DNA of 64,000 nucleotides from Octopus vulgaris (taxonomy: Eukaryota). The DNA is taken from NCBI GenBank assembly GCA_951406725.2, contig OX597817.1, positions 170,562,001 to 170,626,000 on the forward strand, given 5' to 3'. The position numbers and the translations under genes were made by a program. Shown here in pieces: positions 1 through 13,711 of this stretch (its first letter is position 1; each line of letters opens with the position of its first letter). The notes beneath the pieces are model-generated. The model was given only the letters and a program-made list of their open reading frames with translations. It ran no database searches and was not told the origin of the DNA.

Positions 1-3000
1 AACCCAAAAAAATGAGGGATGTCATTTTTTTTTTTTTAAATCAATTATATATTGCGACAGTGAGAAGATGGCAACATGTTTTTAATGATAGCTTGTCAGG
101 TTAAACCTTGAACTAGTGATGTGTTTCAATCAGCAGTTCAAGTATTAAGTAGAATATAACTTCACCATACAGAAGTAGAATAAAACTTCTATCATGGGCC
201 TTAGTTTAGTTGTAGTCAGGTAACTTCCTCACCAGTAGCCTCTTTGTTTACCATGTTAAATCTTCATGGTCTCCAACTAGATAGCAGGAGGTCATCTTCA
301 TATTTTCTTAATACTGCATTATATTATCTCTAATCGGAGAGTGATCAACAATTTCTCATGTGATCAGTGCCTCGATTGATTATTTCTTTTATTTACCTAC
401 AATTTACAGAAGGGCATCTAAAAAAAAAAATGTGCTCCCATTTCTGTTCAATTATCTTGAAAGTTCTTTAGTTACTCTCTTGACATGCCAGAAAATCTAA
501 TATTTTCTATAAAAGAAAAGCAATTTTTTTTTTCTTGTTTTAACTGAGAAGCAATCAAGTGAAAATTGTTTGATGATTTTTACATTTCTAACAACATGGC
601 ATTGTTTTCCTTTTATTGTTTTGGTTTTTCCTTTCTTTTTTCTTTTTTAAAATTTTTAGCAAAGCTGTATTTTTCTACTTACTTGATGAAAACTGTTTCA
701 CTTTTTTATAAGTCAATTTTTATATTTAGCAGTTAAACATTTCTTTCCCTTTTCTGCAGCTTTCCACTTTTCAAAAATTTATGACAGATGAAAACTACTT
801 CCTGTTCAATTAAACTGTCATCTGTTTTGTTTTTGTTTTATTATTGTACAATAAAAAAAAGTCGCTTTTTGGATGAAAATGTTTATTTTTTTTTTAGTTT
901 AACACTATCTTTATTTTTTTTTTATTTGACTGTTTATTTATGGTAATCTTCGATTATCTGTTATTTTATGTTTTAAATACAACTCTACTGGAGTATGGCT
1001 CAACTGAATGTGACTGAACCAAGCACTCAGTATTTTTAGCATGCTTAATATTCTCATAGTTTTCTATATAAATTTTAATTTCTTTTTGTATTAATCCAAG
1101 GTTTGTACAGAGAATGTTTGTTTAAACAAAAGTATTGGGGTGGCTATAAAGACTGTATGAAAGAGAATTTCCTTGCGACTTTTGGAAATTGGAATTCTCA
1201 TTTATATAAAATGTTATGTCTACAACCACACACTGTTTAAACATATATCTGAATAAATGTTAATTAAGAAAGAGTTTAATGATTAGAAAATATCCTTTTG
1301 CTTATATAGGTTATTTTAGTTATCCAGTCATGTATGCCTATCTTTTGTGATAGCAAGACTTAATTGTAGTTACTTTTACCTAATTTCCTACCAAACTGCC
1401 ATAAAGTCACCAGGTAGATTAATCCACTGCCAGGAATTCTTTAAAGCATGAAGTTAGTCAATATTTTCAGTTCAATAATTGATTATATTTACCTAAAACT
1501 ATAGCTCATTAGCATGGTCAAGATAAATCTTGGTCTTCAAACCGCCTTTAAATTTGGCTTATTTCAGCTCTTGTTAATAAAACATTGCTTACTTCTCAAT
1601 AAAATAGATGAGTGCAGTGAAGCATTTGCGAATGCTCAATATTGCTGTTAGTGTTATTATGTTGATATTCTTTAGCATTACTATTAATACAAACTATTTT
1701 TATTGTCTTGAAAACCCTGGTTTCCTCTCTATTGAGAATAGTTCAAAAAAGATATGCTTCCCACTCTTTTATGATTTAAAATTTGTTTCCTAAAATCTTG
1801 AACTGATCAGATCTTTCAAACTTCTTGGGTTTGGGTTTTTCATCTATTGCTCTCTTCTATCACTTTTAAGAGGGCCTCCACAGGCGTCAGATCAGTCTCT
1901 ACTTTCAGCCAATAGTTGACAATATTCCCTGTATTGATAATATCTTATGAAGATAGTAAATGATGGCCTAAACATTTATACTTTTCCCTAACTATTTTCA
2001 TAAACATTTTTTTTTTTTTTCATTTGGGTTTTAGTGCCACACTTTCTGTCAACTGGCTATTAATTACTGGTATGTAATGATCCAGAGATTCAATCTGATT
2101 CTCAAAACTGATCATTATGATTACCTGAAGTCACCCAATTACCTCTTACCATTAATCTAGTTGTTAAGGATGCAATGAGAAAACTGCCAGGGCAGAAAGT
2201 ATTGAAGTAAAATCTATGTGAAATTGACAAGCATAACTTTGATTTAAAAAAAAAATTTTTTTTTTTTTTATGGTATGTTTGAGTGAAAATGGTGAAGAAT
2301 GCTAAATAATTTATTTGATTGGAGATTCCGTAATCAGCGTTGGGGTTGGTAAAGAAATCAACAAATATATATATAAGTGGCCGACAACATGTGTTTATAT
2401 TTAAAACATTGACATCATTTAATACTGATTCCTTTAGTGGGTCTGTGAATGTATGGTAGGCTGAAAGAGGCTTGTAGTATGGAAACCTTCCTCCTCCATC
2501 AGGCAATCAATGTAACACTATTGACTTTTAATTATTAGTGTTTGGTCCTACCAGTGAACACTAGGTTTGTTGAAATATATTATTGAGATACTGTGTGGCT
2601 GTAGAAGGTAGCTAAGTAGTTAGTGTTTGTGTTGGTATATTTGCGCTAATTACCTACAATTGCAGAACACCTGCACATTAGATGCAAGCTAAAATAGTGG
2701 GGGGGAAAACGAGAGAGATAAAGGAGAAAGATATTATGTACAACATGATTCAGTGACCTTTGCTTTTTTTTTTTTTTTTTTTGTTAGATTTGAACCTCTG
2801 CATCTGCCCACCACCCCAGACTGCTAGCACTCAGAATCAAACTCAGATTCACATGGTTATTTGTTCATGTCAGTCTATCATTAGATGACTTTTCAAAGAA
2901 TTGTCTTTTTTGTTTTGGTTCAACCAACACCTGAGGTTGTTTAGTTTGGTATCACCCTAAAATTTTTAATCAACCTTCTCTGTTGAAATTCATTGTAATA

Positions 3001-5869
3001 TGTCCATTTAAGAATCGAATCTTCTTGAGTACATTTTTGGGGGTATCAACTTGTAAGTTGATCAGTTCTTGTGAGTTACTTTTTCATTTAAATCAGACGC
3101 TGTATGTCAGTAGCTGTAGTTGCTAAAACTTGGCTACTTTTTCATATGGTACTTGCTTTCCGTGGAATGATTTAACTTCAGATTATTTTTGTTGGGTTTT
3201 TTTTTATCCAGTTTTTATTCTTTGTTAACAGACAACTCTAGCAATAACATTATTGATAGATTTAGTTCCTTCATATTGGGAAAATCTCTGAACCACTTTC
3301 ACTTCAACCAGGTCTCTGAATTCTGGGGTTTTGCTTTGCCTACAAACCTACCCTGTTAGATACAACTATAATGCTTTAAACTTGACTGCATAATCCTAAA
3401 ATTAGTTTTGAAGTTTATCTCACAATTATTCCGGGCTCAATTTTCAAACCATTTTGATGGCTATGTCTTACAGAATAAATTGTTTGTTTTGTTATATTTT
3501 GTTTGATTTGTTGCTTTTTATTTTGTTTTATTTGTTGTTTTCTTTTTCCTCTGGGCAGGTTGATTTTATTTTACAAATAACCAGGCTTTTTGCTCCTCTT
3601 CAAATGTTCCTCCTCTTCTGCCTTGTCCTCATTAGCAGTTAAATACAATCCTTTCTCATTCTATATATTCAAAACATACAAGTCTGACAATCAGTTTTAA
3701 TATCATTGAAGTGTTTAACTATGGTTCTGACCCTCTCACACATCCAAACCATTCACGGTGCATAAACCATTCCTTAATATGATAAAATAAAAGACTTATT
3801 TCTACATTTACCACTTTCAATGTCTCTAGGAAAATAATGAATACCTCTGCATTCTAATTTCCCATTTCTTTTCATTCCTAATTAAGAAATTATATATATA
3901 TATGGATTTACCATGCCACCATTGGTTTCATACGGAAACATTGCAATTATCAAGCATTCCACTAAACAGTGTTGGTAATCCATCTCTAATCTGACTAAGG
4001 CTCTCTATCTCTCTCTATATATATGTATACATACATATATATTTATATATATATATATATTTAATTGTCATTTATTGGCTTTTTTTTAATACAAGTAAAT
4101 AGGAAGTGGCATAGACTTTAGTAGTCTTATGGAATAAGATCTGTGAAAAGATTAACAGAACCCTGACTGAACATTTCCCTATAAAACTGAAAGTTCGTCA
4201 GAACCATAAGGTAAAAATACTGAGGCCGATGTTAATGTAGTGATGAAAATAAATCCTTGAGGTTAGAATCTGTAGAAGCTTTGAACATTGGTTAAACTGA
4301 CATGTTTTCATACTTATCTAACTTTATTAACTTCAATAATAATATTTAGTTCTTCTACTGATATTGAACCTGTAACCTCTTGTTTTACGCCCCATTCTCA
4401 AATGGCATGTCAACATTACATCAACACATTCAAATGGCAGAGTACTTTCTTTGATCTTTATGTTCACTTCTTGAATAATGTAGTTGTACAGCTCCTGTTT
4501 CTTTTAGTGCTGTCTCAACATCATTTCAGACTTGACTATTCCCCAAATCCAAATCTTAGTCTGTGTGTATGTGTGTGTATATATCTGTGTGTGTGTGTGT
4601 ATGTATCTGTGTGTGTGTGTGTGACCTAGTTTTTCAGAACTTCTTAAAGGAATGCTATATGTAGAATGTTACAAGAGTTACCTCTATCTGACATTTATTC
4701 CCAACTGATGAGTTCTCAATGATCAGGTCAATAGATGTCCAAAAGAATTTTGGCAACACTAACAACAGAACAACTTAGAAATTTGACTGCCTTAGGTTAT
4801 GTGTGTAATAGTGCATGTGTGTGTGTGTGTGTGTGTGTATCTGAACAGACAGATAGATAGACAGACTGTTAAATATGAATTTAGTTTGGAATGTAATCAT
4901 TTTGGTTATTTACTGCCATCCAAACACTGATATGTTGGTGTTTCATTTAGAATAGATGAATTATATATTGTAACTGCAAATAATGGTGTATATATATACA
5001 TATATATATTCTGTATCTTCATCAAACTGTTAGGTAGATTTTTCTTACCTGTATCCATCAATTACTAGTAAATATGTGTGTGAATATTGCTCCAAATATT
5101 TATATATATTTCTCAACAGAGAAGAGGAAACCAGCATAGAATTTGGTATTTTTGTGGGAATTTTATATGAATAAGACCATAGTATTGATTCCAATCCAGG
5201 AATTTAATATTCATTCAGGAGGGGAGGAGGGAATTATTTAACTGTCTCATAAAGTTCCACTGCTCATGTTAAATATTTATGTGAAACCATCGCATAATTC
5301 TTTATATGGATATCATTCTGAATTTACTTAAATAATTAGTACACAAGAGATTGCCAAGATTTTAATATTGAGACAAACATTACTCATCTTTATAGAGATT
5401 TTAGGATCAAAGCTGAATTGCTTTTGAACTAAAGTAAAATCTTCTCATTCAAACTCTTTTCCAAACAGTATTTCACTGTGTAAGTTTTTCAAGGTATGAT
5501 AGTATGTGCGCTACAAATATTAGGTGTAATATTTTTCCCCCCCGCATCTTTTATTGAAACAGTCTGAAGTCTGTAGATTGTGATGTTGTCAGCACCAAAC
5601 CATTGTTGAAAATTTATCAAAGCAGATTGAAGAAGAATCCATTTTATTTGTCATTCCCTGCTCCCATACTCTTTGTTCCAGTTTCAAATGGTCAACCACA
5701 ACCTTTGCTTTTGTGTTATGAAAACATACTTTTCTTCTTTTATTCTCCAATAACAAGACAACTGTATATTTTTATACCAATTTATCATTCAAATCATTTT
5801 ATAGAGATACTCTAATTTTGTTTCATATATAGATTTTTTTTTTCTTTTGTATCTTTCATTATTTATTAT

Positions 5870-6259
5870 AATTCTGCTGGGGTTGACTTTGCCTTTCATC
5901 CTTCCAGGATTGATAAAATAAGTTACAGTCATATGTGCTGGGCAGGAGGGGGAGAGGGCAATTAAATCAACTTCTACCCGCCTCTCAAAATATATGGCTT
6001 TGTGCCTATGTTAGGAAACAAAAGATATTTTTATTACGGCAGAGGAGTGACAGAAATGATAGAGCGCCATACTGAATGCCTTATAGTGTTTAGTTTTGCC
6101 TCATGACATTTTGAGTTCAATTCCTGCCAAGGTCAACTTTGCCTTTCATCTCTCCAAAGTTGATAAAGTAAGTACCAGCCAATGTATTGGTGTCGATTCA
6201 ATTGACTATTTTCCTCCTTTATAGGTTTGGGGCCTTGTGCCAACGTGACAAATCATTGT

Positions 6260-6309
<50 letters not shown>

Positions 6310-6450
6310 TGTAATATCCCACCAGAGTCAACTTTGCTTTTCATCCTTTCAGGGTTGATAAAGTAAAGTACTTGTCAAGTATTGGAGTGGATGTAATCAA
6401 CTAACCTCCACCCCACCCCTTAAATTGCTGGCCTTGAGCCAAAATTTGAC
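5870..6450 (+). mobile_element. Cluster of three decayed tRNA-derived SINE copies (family B, core CTTTGCCTTTCATCC...GATAAA.TAAGTAC) with (TTA)n tails
   Basis: Three diverged matches to the core seen intact at 20893-21172 and 57596-57827; B-box-like GAGTTCAATTCC near 6113. Confidence 0.7.
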
Positions 6451-8400
6451 ATTATTATTATTATTATTATGTTCAGCATTATGTTAACAATATTTGATGT
6501 TAATTTCCTGTAATTCTTCTAGTCTCAGTGTTTGTTTGTTTGTTCCCCCCACCCCACCCCGCCTGTTTTATTTTTCTCCCCTCTTTTGTTAACCTTGCCT
6601 CACACTATTCTGTATTTTAAACCTGACTATGGAAATTTGCAGCTAAGTTTCTGAACGAATCCCTCTCATTTACCTATGAAAAGAAATTATCATTTTAGGG
6701 ACACATTTATATCTGTCTGTACGAGCCATGGAAATCTCTCGTTGCTCAACAGTCGTCAGATAGTTCTAAATAAAGCAATTCACAGTGTTGTGTTTCACTT
6801 CCAACCTTTGGTCTACAGGCTACATTAATTCCTTATCTACATAGAACAGAACTGATATATTTTGCCTTTTTCCCCCTACAGTCTTGGAAAATTGAGTGTC
6901 CAAAAACAGTTGAAGATCTTATTTATTTTTGTGCTTACATCTTGTTATAAACATAAATGGTACTGTAATAATTTTGGTCAGATGGATTTTTCTAGAAGCA
7001 ATAACACCATCAACTAAAACCAAATTCAGAAAACTGCCCTCCACCTTTAAATCTTAAATTCTCAGTTATTCAAGAAATTAGGTCTAAATAAACCTTTTCA
7101 AATACCTTCTGCCACTTCTTAAAATTTGGCACCACTTTGACTACATTTTGTTACAAAGTTTATTTTTTCCACTGAAGAATTTAATATTCCATTCAATCTG
7201 TCCAAAGCATCTAAATACAAATTAAAACATGCATAGTTTCCTCACTTTGACATATATATGTTTATTTATATATTCATCTACTTACCTGTCTATCTCTCCA
7301 TCTATATCTATCTATCTATCTATCTGCCTGTCTATCTCTCTGTCTGTCTACCTGTTAATTTATCTATTTTCTTATCTGTCTGTCACGCATGCAGACACAT
7401 ATGCACACACACACACACACACACACACATGTACACATACACATACACATACACACATGCACACACACACACAAGAATGGTAAAATCTCAAACTGGATGA
7501 CCTGTTTTTTAAATGAAAATCTTATTTCAAAAACAAAACATGAACAACTGAAGTGATATTTCAAGAAATTTCCTGTGAAAATGAATCTCAAATTAGCAGT
7601 ACTGGAATCTCTTCTTCATTTACTTTGCCCATCTCATCTCAGAGTTCAATTCTCGCCCTAGCTTTCATAAACCAATACTTCAAGAACTAAAAGTTTTTCT
7701 ATATAACAAGAAATAATTACATGATTTCTATTTTTTCATATTTTTCTTTCTCAAAAAAAAAATTTTTTTTTTTTTTTTTTCTCTTCATACCATTCTTGAG
7801 TGATTCTTCATACTGACACTTTCTGCTAAACATTCCTGTCAAGATATCGTTGCTCTCTATTTTTTTCCGAAGACATTTCATATTTTCTGAAAACCTACAA
7901 GTATTCCAATGGAAAAAAAAATCCTCCCTCACCCCCACCTGTAGTGTTACATTAAAGAAACTTCAAGTACAAAGTTCTTTTTCTATTTTAAAATTATTTC
8001 CCAATTACAACAACCCAACCCAACCCAGCATGGATTAAATAATAACTACAATAGCATGACTATACAGAGAAAAACTCTGTGTAAATAAAAATATTTATAA
8101 ATAAAAATAAAGAAAGAAATCCTTTGAAATTACCAGAAAAGGGACATCTGCCCCCTTAATGTAGTTCTCCTCACTTTCTCCTGGTCTAACCCACTGATTA
8201 ACAGGCTCAATACCGCCTGACGTTGGAGTCTGGCGTTAATGTCAAAAGTATGCTTTGAAGACCATTTCAGTGGTGAACCCCTTGTTACACCACCATTCTG
8301 CGTTGCATAACATTCCTTTTTACTCTGACTTTCAGTACAGCATTATGTCTTAACAGTAGAAACTTTGCAGTCAATACATACATATATACCATATATATAC

Positions 8401-8431
<31 letters not shown>

Positions 8432-8727
8432 TGTGTATATATATATTGACCTTTTTCTTAGATCTTGGTTGTAAGATTTGTTGTAATAAATGTCCTATAA
8501 ATAATAAACAGGCTCCGTTTTGTTGCTTCACTTCACATTTCTTATTATACATACATATATGAAAGCTAAAATGATGCAAAGCACATTCCGACCAGCAGTA
8601 CGAAACAACATCTGACAATCCGGTTGGTTATGTGATCACATGACAAAATAATATAAGTTACAGTGCCCCAGCATGGCCACAGCTTGTGAGCTGAAACTAG
8701 ATAAAAATTTAAAAAATAAATAAAAAT

Positions 8728-8905
8728 CACCTTCTTTAGCTTACAGCTGTTTTTGCTTTAAGATGCAGTGCACTCATAGCAGAGAGCTTGTGTAACTTCC
8801 TATCGCTTCTTCAGAGCCATTAAAACTAAGTATATGTTTATTTCAAAAAGCAGTCCAAAATAAACATGTTCTGCTTCTTATAGCAAAACCAGCTGTAAGC
8901 TAATG
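8728..8905 (-). mobile_element. Penelope-like remnant with degenerate hammerhead motif and short inverted duplication
   Basis: Minus strand GGCT-CTGAAGA-A-GCGATAGG...TCTTAAAGC-AAAAA-CAGCTG-TA-AGCT (G12 lost); 8736-8768 is inverted-repeated at 8871-8903. Confidence 0.5.
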
Positions 8906-9040
8906 AGAGTAAACACATAACATGTTCTTTTGTCATTTAATAGCTGATATTATTCTCTGTACTCACCTGATTTTTTACTCTAAAGCATAAGACAATTGAC
9001 TTTCAACAATTGATTATTAGTATTGCCTAAGCGAAATCAT

Positions 9041-9082
<42 letters not shown>

Positions 9083-9084
<2 letters not shown>

Positions 9085-9491
9085 TGCAGGAGTGGCTGTG
9101 TGGTAAGTAGCTTGCTAACCAACCACATGGTTCCTGGTTCAGTCCCTCTGCGTGGCATCTTGGGCAAGTGTCTTCTGCTATAGCCCCAGGCCGACCAATG
9201 CCTTGTGAGTAGATTTGGTAGACGGAAACTGAAAGAAGCCTGTCGTATATATGTATATATATATATGTATGTGTGTTTGTTTGTGTGTCTGTGTTTTTCC
9301 CTCTAGCATTGCTTGACAACCGATGGTGGTGTGTTTAAATCCCCGTTACTTAGCGGTTCAGCAAAAGAGACCGATAGAATAAGTACTGGGCTTACAAAAA
9401 GAATAAGTCCCGGGGTCGAGTTGCTCGATTAAAGGCGGTGCTCCAGAATGGCCGCAGTCAAATGACTGAAACAAGTAAAAAGAGAAAGAGA
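9083..9491 (+). mobile_element. tRNA-derived SINE, family A (~400 bp, internal TA/TG tract), full length
   Basis: A-box TGGCTGTGTGGT, B-box GGTTCAGTCCC, 3' end TGACTGAAACAAGTAAAAAGAG; many similar copies in window. Confidence 0.9.
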
Positions 9492-10147
9492 TTTATACAC
9501 ACACACACACCCTCTCAATGTTGATGTGGTCACTGTTACAGTTCTTATTAACAGCAGAATCATTTGAGCACCACATTAATGCACTACTACATATGTTCTG
9601 GGTTCAAATCCTGTGAATGTCAATTTTTGTCTTTTATTCTTCTGTGGGGCCAATAAAACATAGTACCACTCAAGTACTGAGGTTGCTAAAATTTGTGGCC
9701 CTGTACTGACAATAGAAATCATCGACATCATTATAGACTCATTAGAGTCCTGAAGTGGAAGAACAGTAATGATTCTTAATATTCAAATTACATCAAAGTA
9801 CACACAGTAAAGTTACTGGTATTAGGAAGGGGCATCCAGCCATAGAAACTATGCTGAAGCTGATATTGGAGTTCAGTGCAGGTCTGCAGCTTAGATCCTG
9901 TCAAATACTCTAACTCATGCAAACATGGAAAACAGACAGTAAACAATGATGGGAATGGGGGTGATGATTGACTTTGCCCTAAATCCTTCAAAAAAGTGGT
10001 AAAATAAGTTTTGTTCAAGTACTGGGCTTGATACAGTCCACTATACTTTAATCACTGAATATCTTGCTAATGTTTTTTCTTAGAAAATGTTATTATATGG
10101 TGCAGTAAATATTATCAGCCTATAGTATCATTATATCTTGATATATA

Positions 10148-10302
10148 TCATCATCATCATCATCATCATCGTTTAACGTTCGTTCTCCATGCTAGCATGA
10201 GTTGGACGGTTTGACCGGGGATCTGGGAAGCCAGAAGGCTGCACCAGGCTCCAGTCTTATCTGGCAATGTTTCTACAGCTGGATGCCCTTCCTAACGCCA
10301 AC
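10148..10302 (-). mobile_element. Family D short retroposon (RTE-type 3' end with (GAT)n tail), 5'-truncated
   Basis: GGATGCCCTTCCTAACGCCAAC motif and (CAT)n tail; same family at 15400, 23700-24466, 28183, 45395, 48540. Confidence 0.8.
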
Positions 10303-10317
10303 TATATATATATATAT

Positions 10318-10626
10318 ATTTATTTATGCGCCCTTTTCAAGCCTAGCCAGGCTCATGGGCCCGCTTTCCTGGTTTCTATGGCGTATGTGTTCCCCCCAGC
10401 TGGACGGGATGCCAGTCCATCGCAGCATTACTCAAGAAACAGGAAGAAAGAGTGAGAGAAAGTTGGGGCAAAAGAGCACAACAGGGGTCGCCACCACCCC
10501 CTGCCGGAGCCTCGTGGAGCTTTAGGTGTTTTCGCTCAATAAACACACACAACACCTGGTCTGGCAATCGAAACCACGATTCCCTGACCGCGAGTCCGCT
10601 GCCCCAACCACTGGGCCATTACACCT

Positions 10627-10628
<2 letters not shown>
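10318..10628 (-). mobile_element. tRNA-derived SINE, family C, full length
   Basis: Minus-strand head GGAGGTGTAATGGCCCAGTGGTTGGGGCAGC...GGTTTCGATTGC; similar copies at 11477-11714 and 29915-30217. Confidence 0.85.
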
Positions 10629-10671
<43 letters not shown>

Positions 10672-11476
10672 CCCAGGGCCACATTAGTTATTGTTTCTGA
10701 TTTAAGCACAAGGCCAGCAATTTTGACTGGAAGGGTTAATTGATTACATCAACCCCAATACCTAACTGGTATTATATTTTTGCAACCAGACATTAGTAAT
10801 CATCATCATAGTCAATCGTCTTAATGCTCACTTTCTCATGCTTGCATGGGTTGCACAGAGGTTATTGAGGCAGATTTTCTATGACTAGATGCCTTTCCTG
10901 TTGCTAACCTTGACCTGTTTTCAAACCGGGTTATATTGCTGCATGGTCAGACATGTTTTGGAAATGAATGAGTCTGCTTGTATGACAACAACACTCATTT
11001 ACAGCAATCACTCAAGGCACAGAGATATTAACACACACACACACACATACATAAAATGGGCTTCGTCCACTTTCCATGTGAGACATTACAATCTATTGAT
11101 TGAACGTGATTGACATAACCACTTTCCCTCCTGTCATACAAATAAAGAGAAATATCCTCACACATAAAATAGAGTGAGAGAAAGACATTGAAATACCTGA
11201 TATCAAATAAATCAGCATTGAATCAGTCGCACCAAATAGGCAAAGCTAAACTGACTGTGCCTATTTCATGGCTAGAACAATTTTATTCTGAAGAAATATG
11301 AAGAGCACTCCGCAAGTGAAAAGTATCAGCTGTCTTCACCAACTAGTACTGTTATTGTTGTTTTTTAAAATAGTGTTACCTATTAGGGTAATATATTAAA
11401 TATTTCCAGCCAGGGTTAAATTTACATAGAAATGTAAATGACTATAAAATTGATACATGTTATAAATATCAAAGTA

Positions 11477-11714
11477 CCATGGGCCCAGTTTCCTGGTTTC
11501 TGTGGAATATGTGTTCCCCCCCAGCTGGACGGGACGCCAGTCCATTGCAGCGCTACTCAAGAAACAGAAGAGAGAGTGAGAGAAAGTTGTGGCAAAAGAG
11601 TACAACAGGGGTCGCCACCACTCCCTGCCAGAGCATCGTGGAGCTTTTAGGTGTTTTCGCTCAATAAACACACACAACGCCCAGTCTAAGAATCGAAACC
11701 ACAATCCTCCGACT
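11477..11714 (-). mobile_element. SINE family C, truncated
   Basis: Aligns by eye to 10355-10590. Confidence 0.8.
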
Positions 11715-11746
11715 AAAAATAAGTATTTGGAATTCTGTTCATATGT

Positions 11747-12420
11747 TTAATCCTTTCAGGTCGCTCAGATTATTCTATCAAATTCAATACTTATTTATTC
11801 ACATTGTTTTGAATTAATCATGCATATATATCATAGCTTTGAGATTTTGGTGTTGTGACTGTATATTTTTAAAATAACATTGTAGGGTATGTGTAAGAGG
11901 TTAGAACTGGACTGTTTGAACATAAAACAGGTAAAATATTTGTGTTGGATATGACCGGTTTAAATGCTACTAGTACTTGTACTTGTGACGGCATTCACCC
12001 AGGGTGGGTTGAGCCAGCTTCTTCTCTGTTCCTCACAGCATCACGAACCATGGTGACCCACGCTCGACGGTCCTGTACGAGGTAACTGGAGATAGCAAGC
12101 CATTTGCGGTTCCATCTGCGCAGACCGACTACCTGCGGACCTGAGAGTTCGGAGAGGTCCTCCTTTATCGTCGTTGCTCAGGTCTTCAGCTGTCCACCCG
12201 TGCGTTTGCGCCCGCTGGAAAGTGGAAATGGGAGGGGGACATCGTGAATCAGCTCACCCTCTGGACGCCGGGCCGCATGACCGAACCATCTTAAGCGCCG
12301 TTGTAGAAGCACCAAAGGGAGGGGTCAGAGATTCAGGCGGCGACGAAGACGGGCTGTAGGAACCCGATCAATGCATCTATGAATCCTATTCCTACCATGG
12401 CTTAAATGCTAGATGGTTAA
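11747..12420. mobile_element. TTAA-flanked piggyBac-type MITE interrupted by an RTE LINE fragment
   Basis: TTAA at both ends, diverged CCTTT/ATGG termini; uninterrupted inverted relative at 62699-62929. Confidence 0.6.
11970..12401 (-). mobile_element. 5'-truncated RTE-clade LINE 3' end (pseudogenised ORF C-terminus)
   Basis: Minus frame reads LLQRRLRWFGHAARRPEGELIHDV...RKRTGGQLKT*ATTIKEDL...QDRRAWVTMVRDAV...GSTHPG*; (CAAGTA)n tail; 10-bp TSD TTAAATGCTA at 11960-11969 and 12402-12411. Confidence 0.9.
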
Positions 12421-12500
12421 TATTGCCGTATTTAGTATTACTGTGAAAGTAGACCATGTGGTTAAATCAGCAGGCTTTGGGCAGCTTGAAATGGAGATTA

Positions 12501-12542
12501 AACCAACTAGTTTCAGTTTTCATTAAATACTCATCAGTGATT
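12501..12542 (-). ncRNA. Degenerate minimal type I hammerhead motif
   Basis: AATCA-CTGATGA-GTATTTAATGAAAAC-T-GAAA-CTAG-T-TGGTT; stem I AATCA/TGGTT pairs only if cleavage-site nucleotide 17 has been deleted. Confidence 0.45.
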
Positions 12543-12723
12543 GCTTATTTCTATCTTGCAAGTTGCTAAAAGAAAGTAACATATACTACTTATAAATATG
12601 TTAGCAAAATTATGCTAAGCATAATCTGCCCTAAAGCTCAGTGGTGGGTTATTGAGAATTTCATGCTCACAATTAATTCATAGTGAATCTATTTATTACA
12701 CAGCTTTTGAGATAATTTGAATT

Positions 12724-12951
12724 TTAACCCTTTCGTTACTGTATTTATTTTGAGATGCTCCATGTTTCTTTCAATTACTTTAAATATTACAAAGAATTTA
12801 GTAAAATAACTTGGTTATTATTAAGCTAGTGTTAGGAACACTGATTGTGACTTAGGTTTGGTGGAAGATTTTAATTCAAAACTTATGAAAACAAGACATT
12901 TGTACTCAGAGCCAGAGCTGGTTAAACCGGGTTTTTTAACGAAAGAGTTAA
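12724..12951. mobile_element. piggyBac-type MITE (~220 bp)
   Basis: TTAA-CCCTTTCGTTA...TAACGAAAGAG-TTAA; inverted copy at 17361-17590. Confidence 0.85.
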
Positions 12952-13012
12952 GGTATGTTTTTTTAATGAAAATACACACATACATATATTATGTTGAAAC
13001 AGTCTAGAGTAA

Positions 13013-13099
13013 AGGACCCTGAAGAAACTGCATCGACCATGGTGCAAGGTTGCACATCCAACAACATGCAGTTGCTGCAGTTGAAACACATGTAGTTCT
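13013..13099 (+). ncRNA. Type I hammerhead ribozyme with extended stem II (Penelope pLTR-like remnant ~12995-13180)
   Basis: CTGAAGA (13019-25), stem II AACTGCA/TGCAGTT, GAAA (13083-86), stem III C-ACAT-G, GUA triplet (13092-94), stem I AGGAC/GTTCT with one extra C. Confidence 0.7.
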
Positions 13100-13176
13100 G
13101 GAGAATATGCTGTAAATAACTGTTAAATAAAATTTATGGATGCGAAAAGTCTCCATTCTCTTTATCATTATTAATG

Positions 13177-13211
<35 letters not shown>

Positions 13212-13477
13212 AGTACACACACACACTAAGCTTCCACACAGTTTCTGTCCACCAAATTCAAAAGGCATCGGTCAGCCCAGGACTTAAAAAAGACACCTAC
13301 CCAAGGTACCACAGAGTGGGACTGAAACAGATCACATGGTTGAAAAGTGGGCTTCTTAACCACATAGCAATGCCTGTGCTTATAAGAAAAAATCTATATT
13401 TAAAAGTATATATTGTGTATATATATATATATATATATTTGATGATGATGATATATATGTATATATATATATATATT

Positions 13478-13711
13478 AACAACTTATTAGCAAGGGCAAA
13501 AGAAAAAAATTCTAATACCAAATATGCCGGAAATAGACAACCCGTCAATAACCATATAGACGATTTGTCTATTTTCAGCATATTTGGTATTAGAATTTTT
13601 TTTTTTTTTCTCTTTGCTTATAAGTTGTTTAGAAATTTAACCTTTAAGGGTATTTTTTAATATGCTGGCCATTGATAGAATTTTTTTCGAAAAATTTTAT
13701 CCTATATTAGA
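13478..13711 (+). mobile_element. Fold-back Penelope-like insertion in (TA)n
   Basis: Arms 13478-13540 / 13564-13629; 3' segment TGCTGGCCATTGATA...TTTTATCCT shared with 41573-41921 and 21905-21950. Confidence 0.6.

Noticed and set aside
4700-4745. CTGATGAG hammerhead-like start
   Set aside because: No downstream GAAA core or pairing stems
8135-8340. Possible minus-strand exon ending at a GTAATT donor
   Set aside because: Two alternative short open frames, no recognisable protein, weak acceptor
9083-9160. tRNA genes at SINE heads
   Set aside because: A/B boxes present but no complete cloverleaf; always joined to SINE bodies
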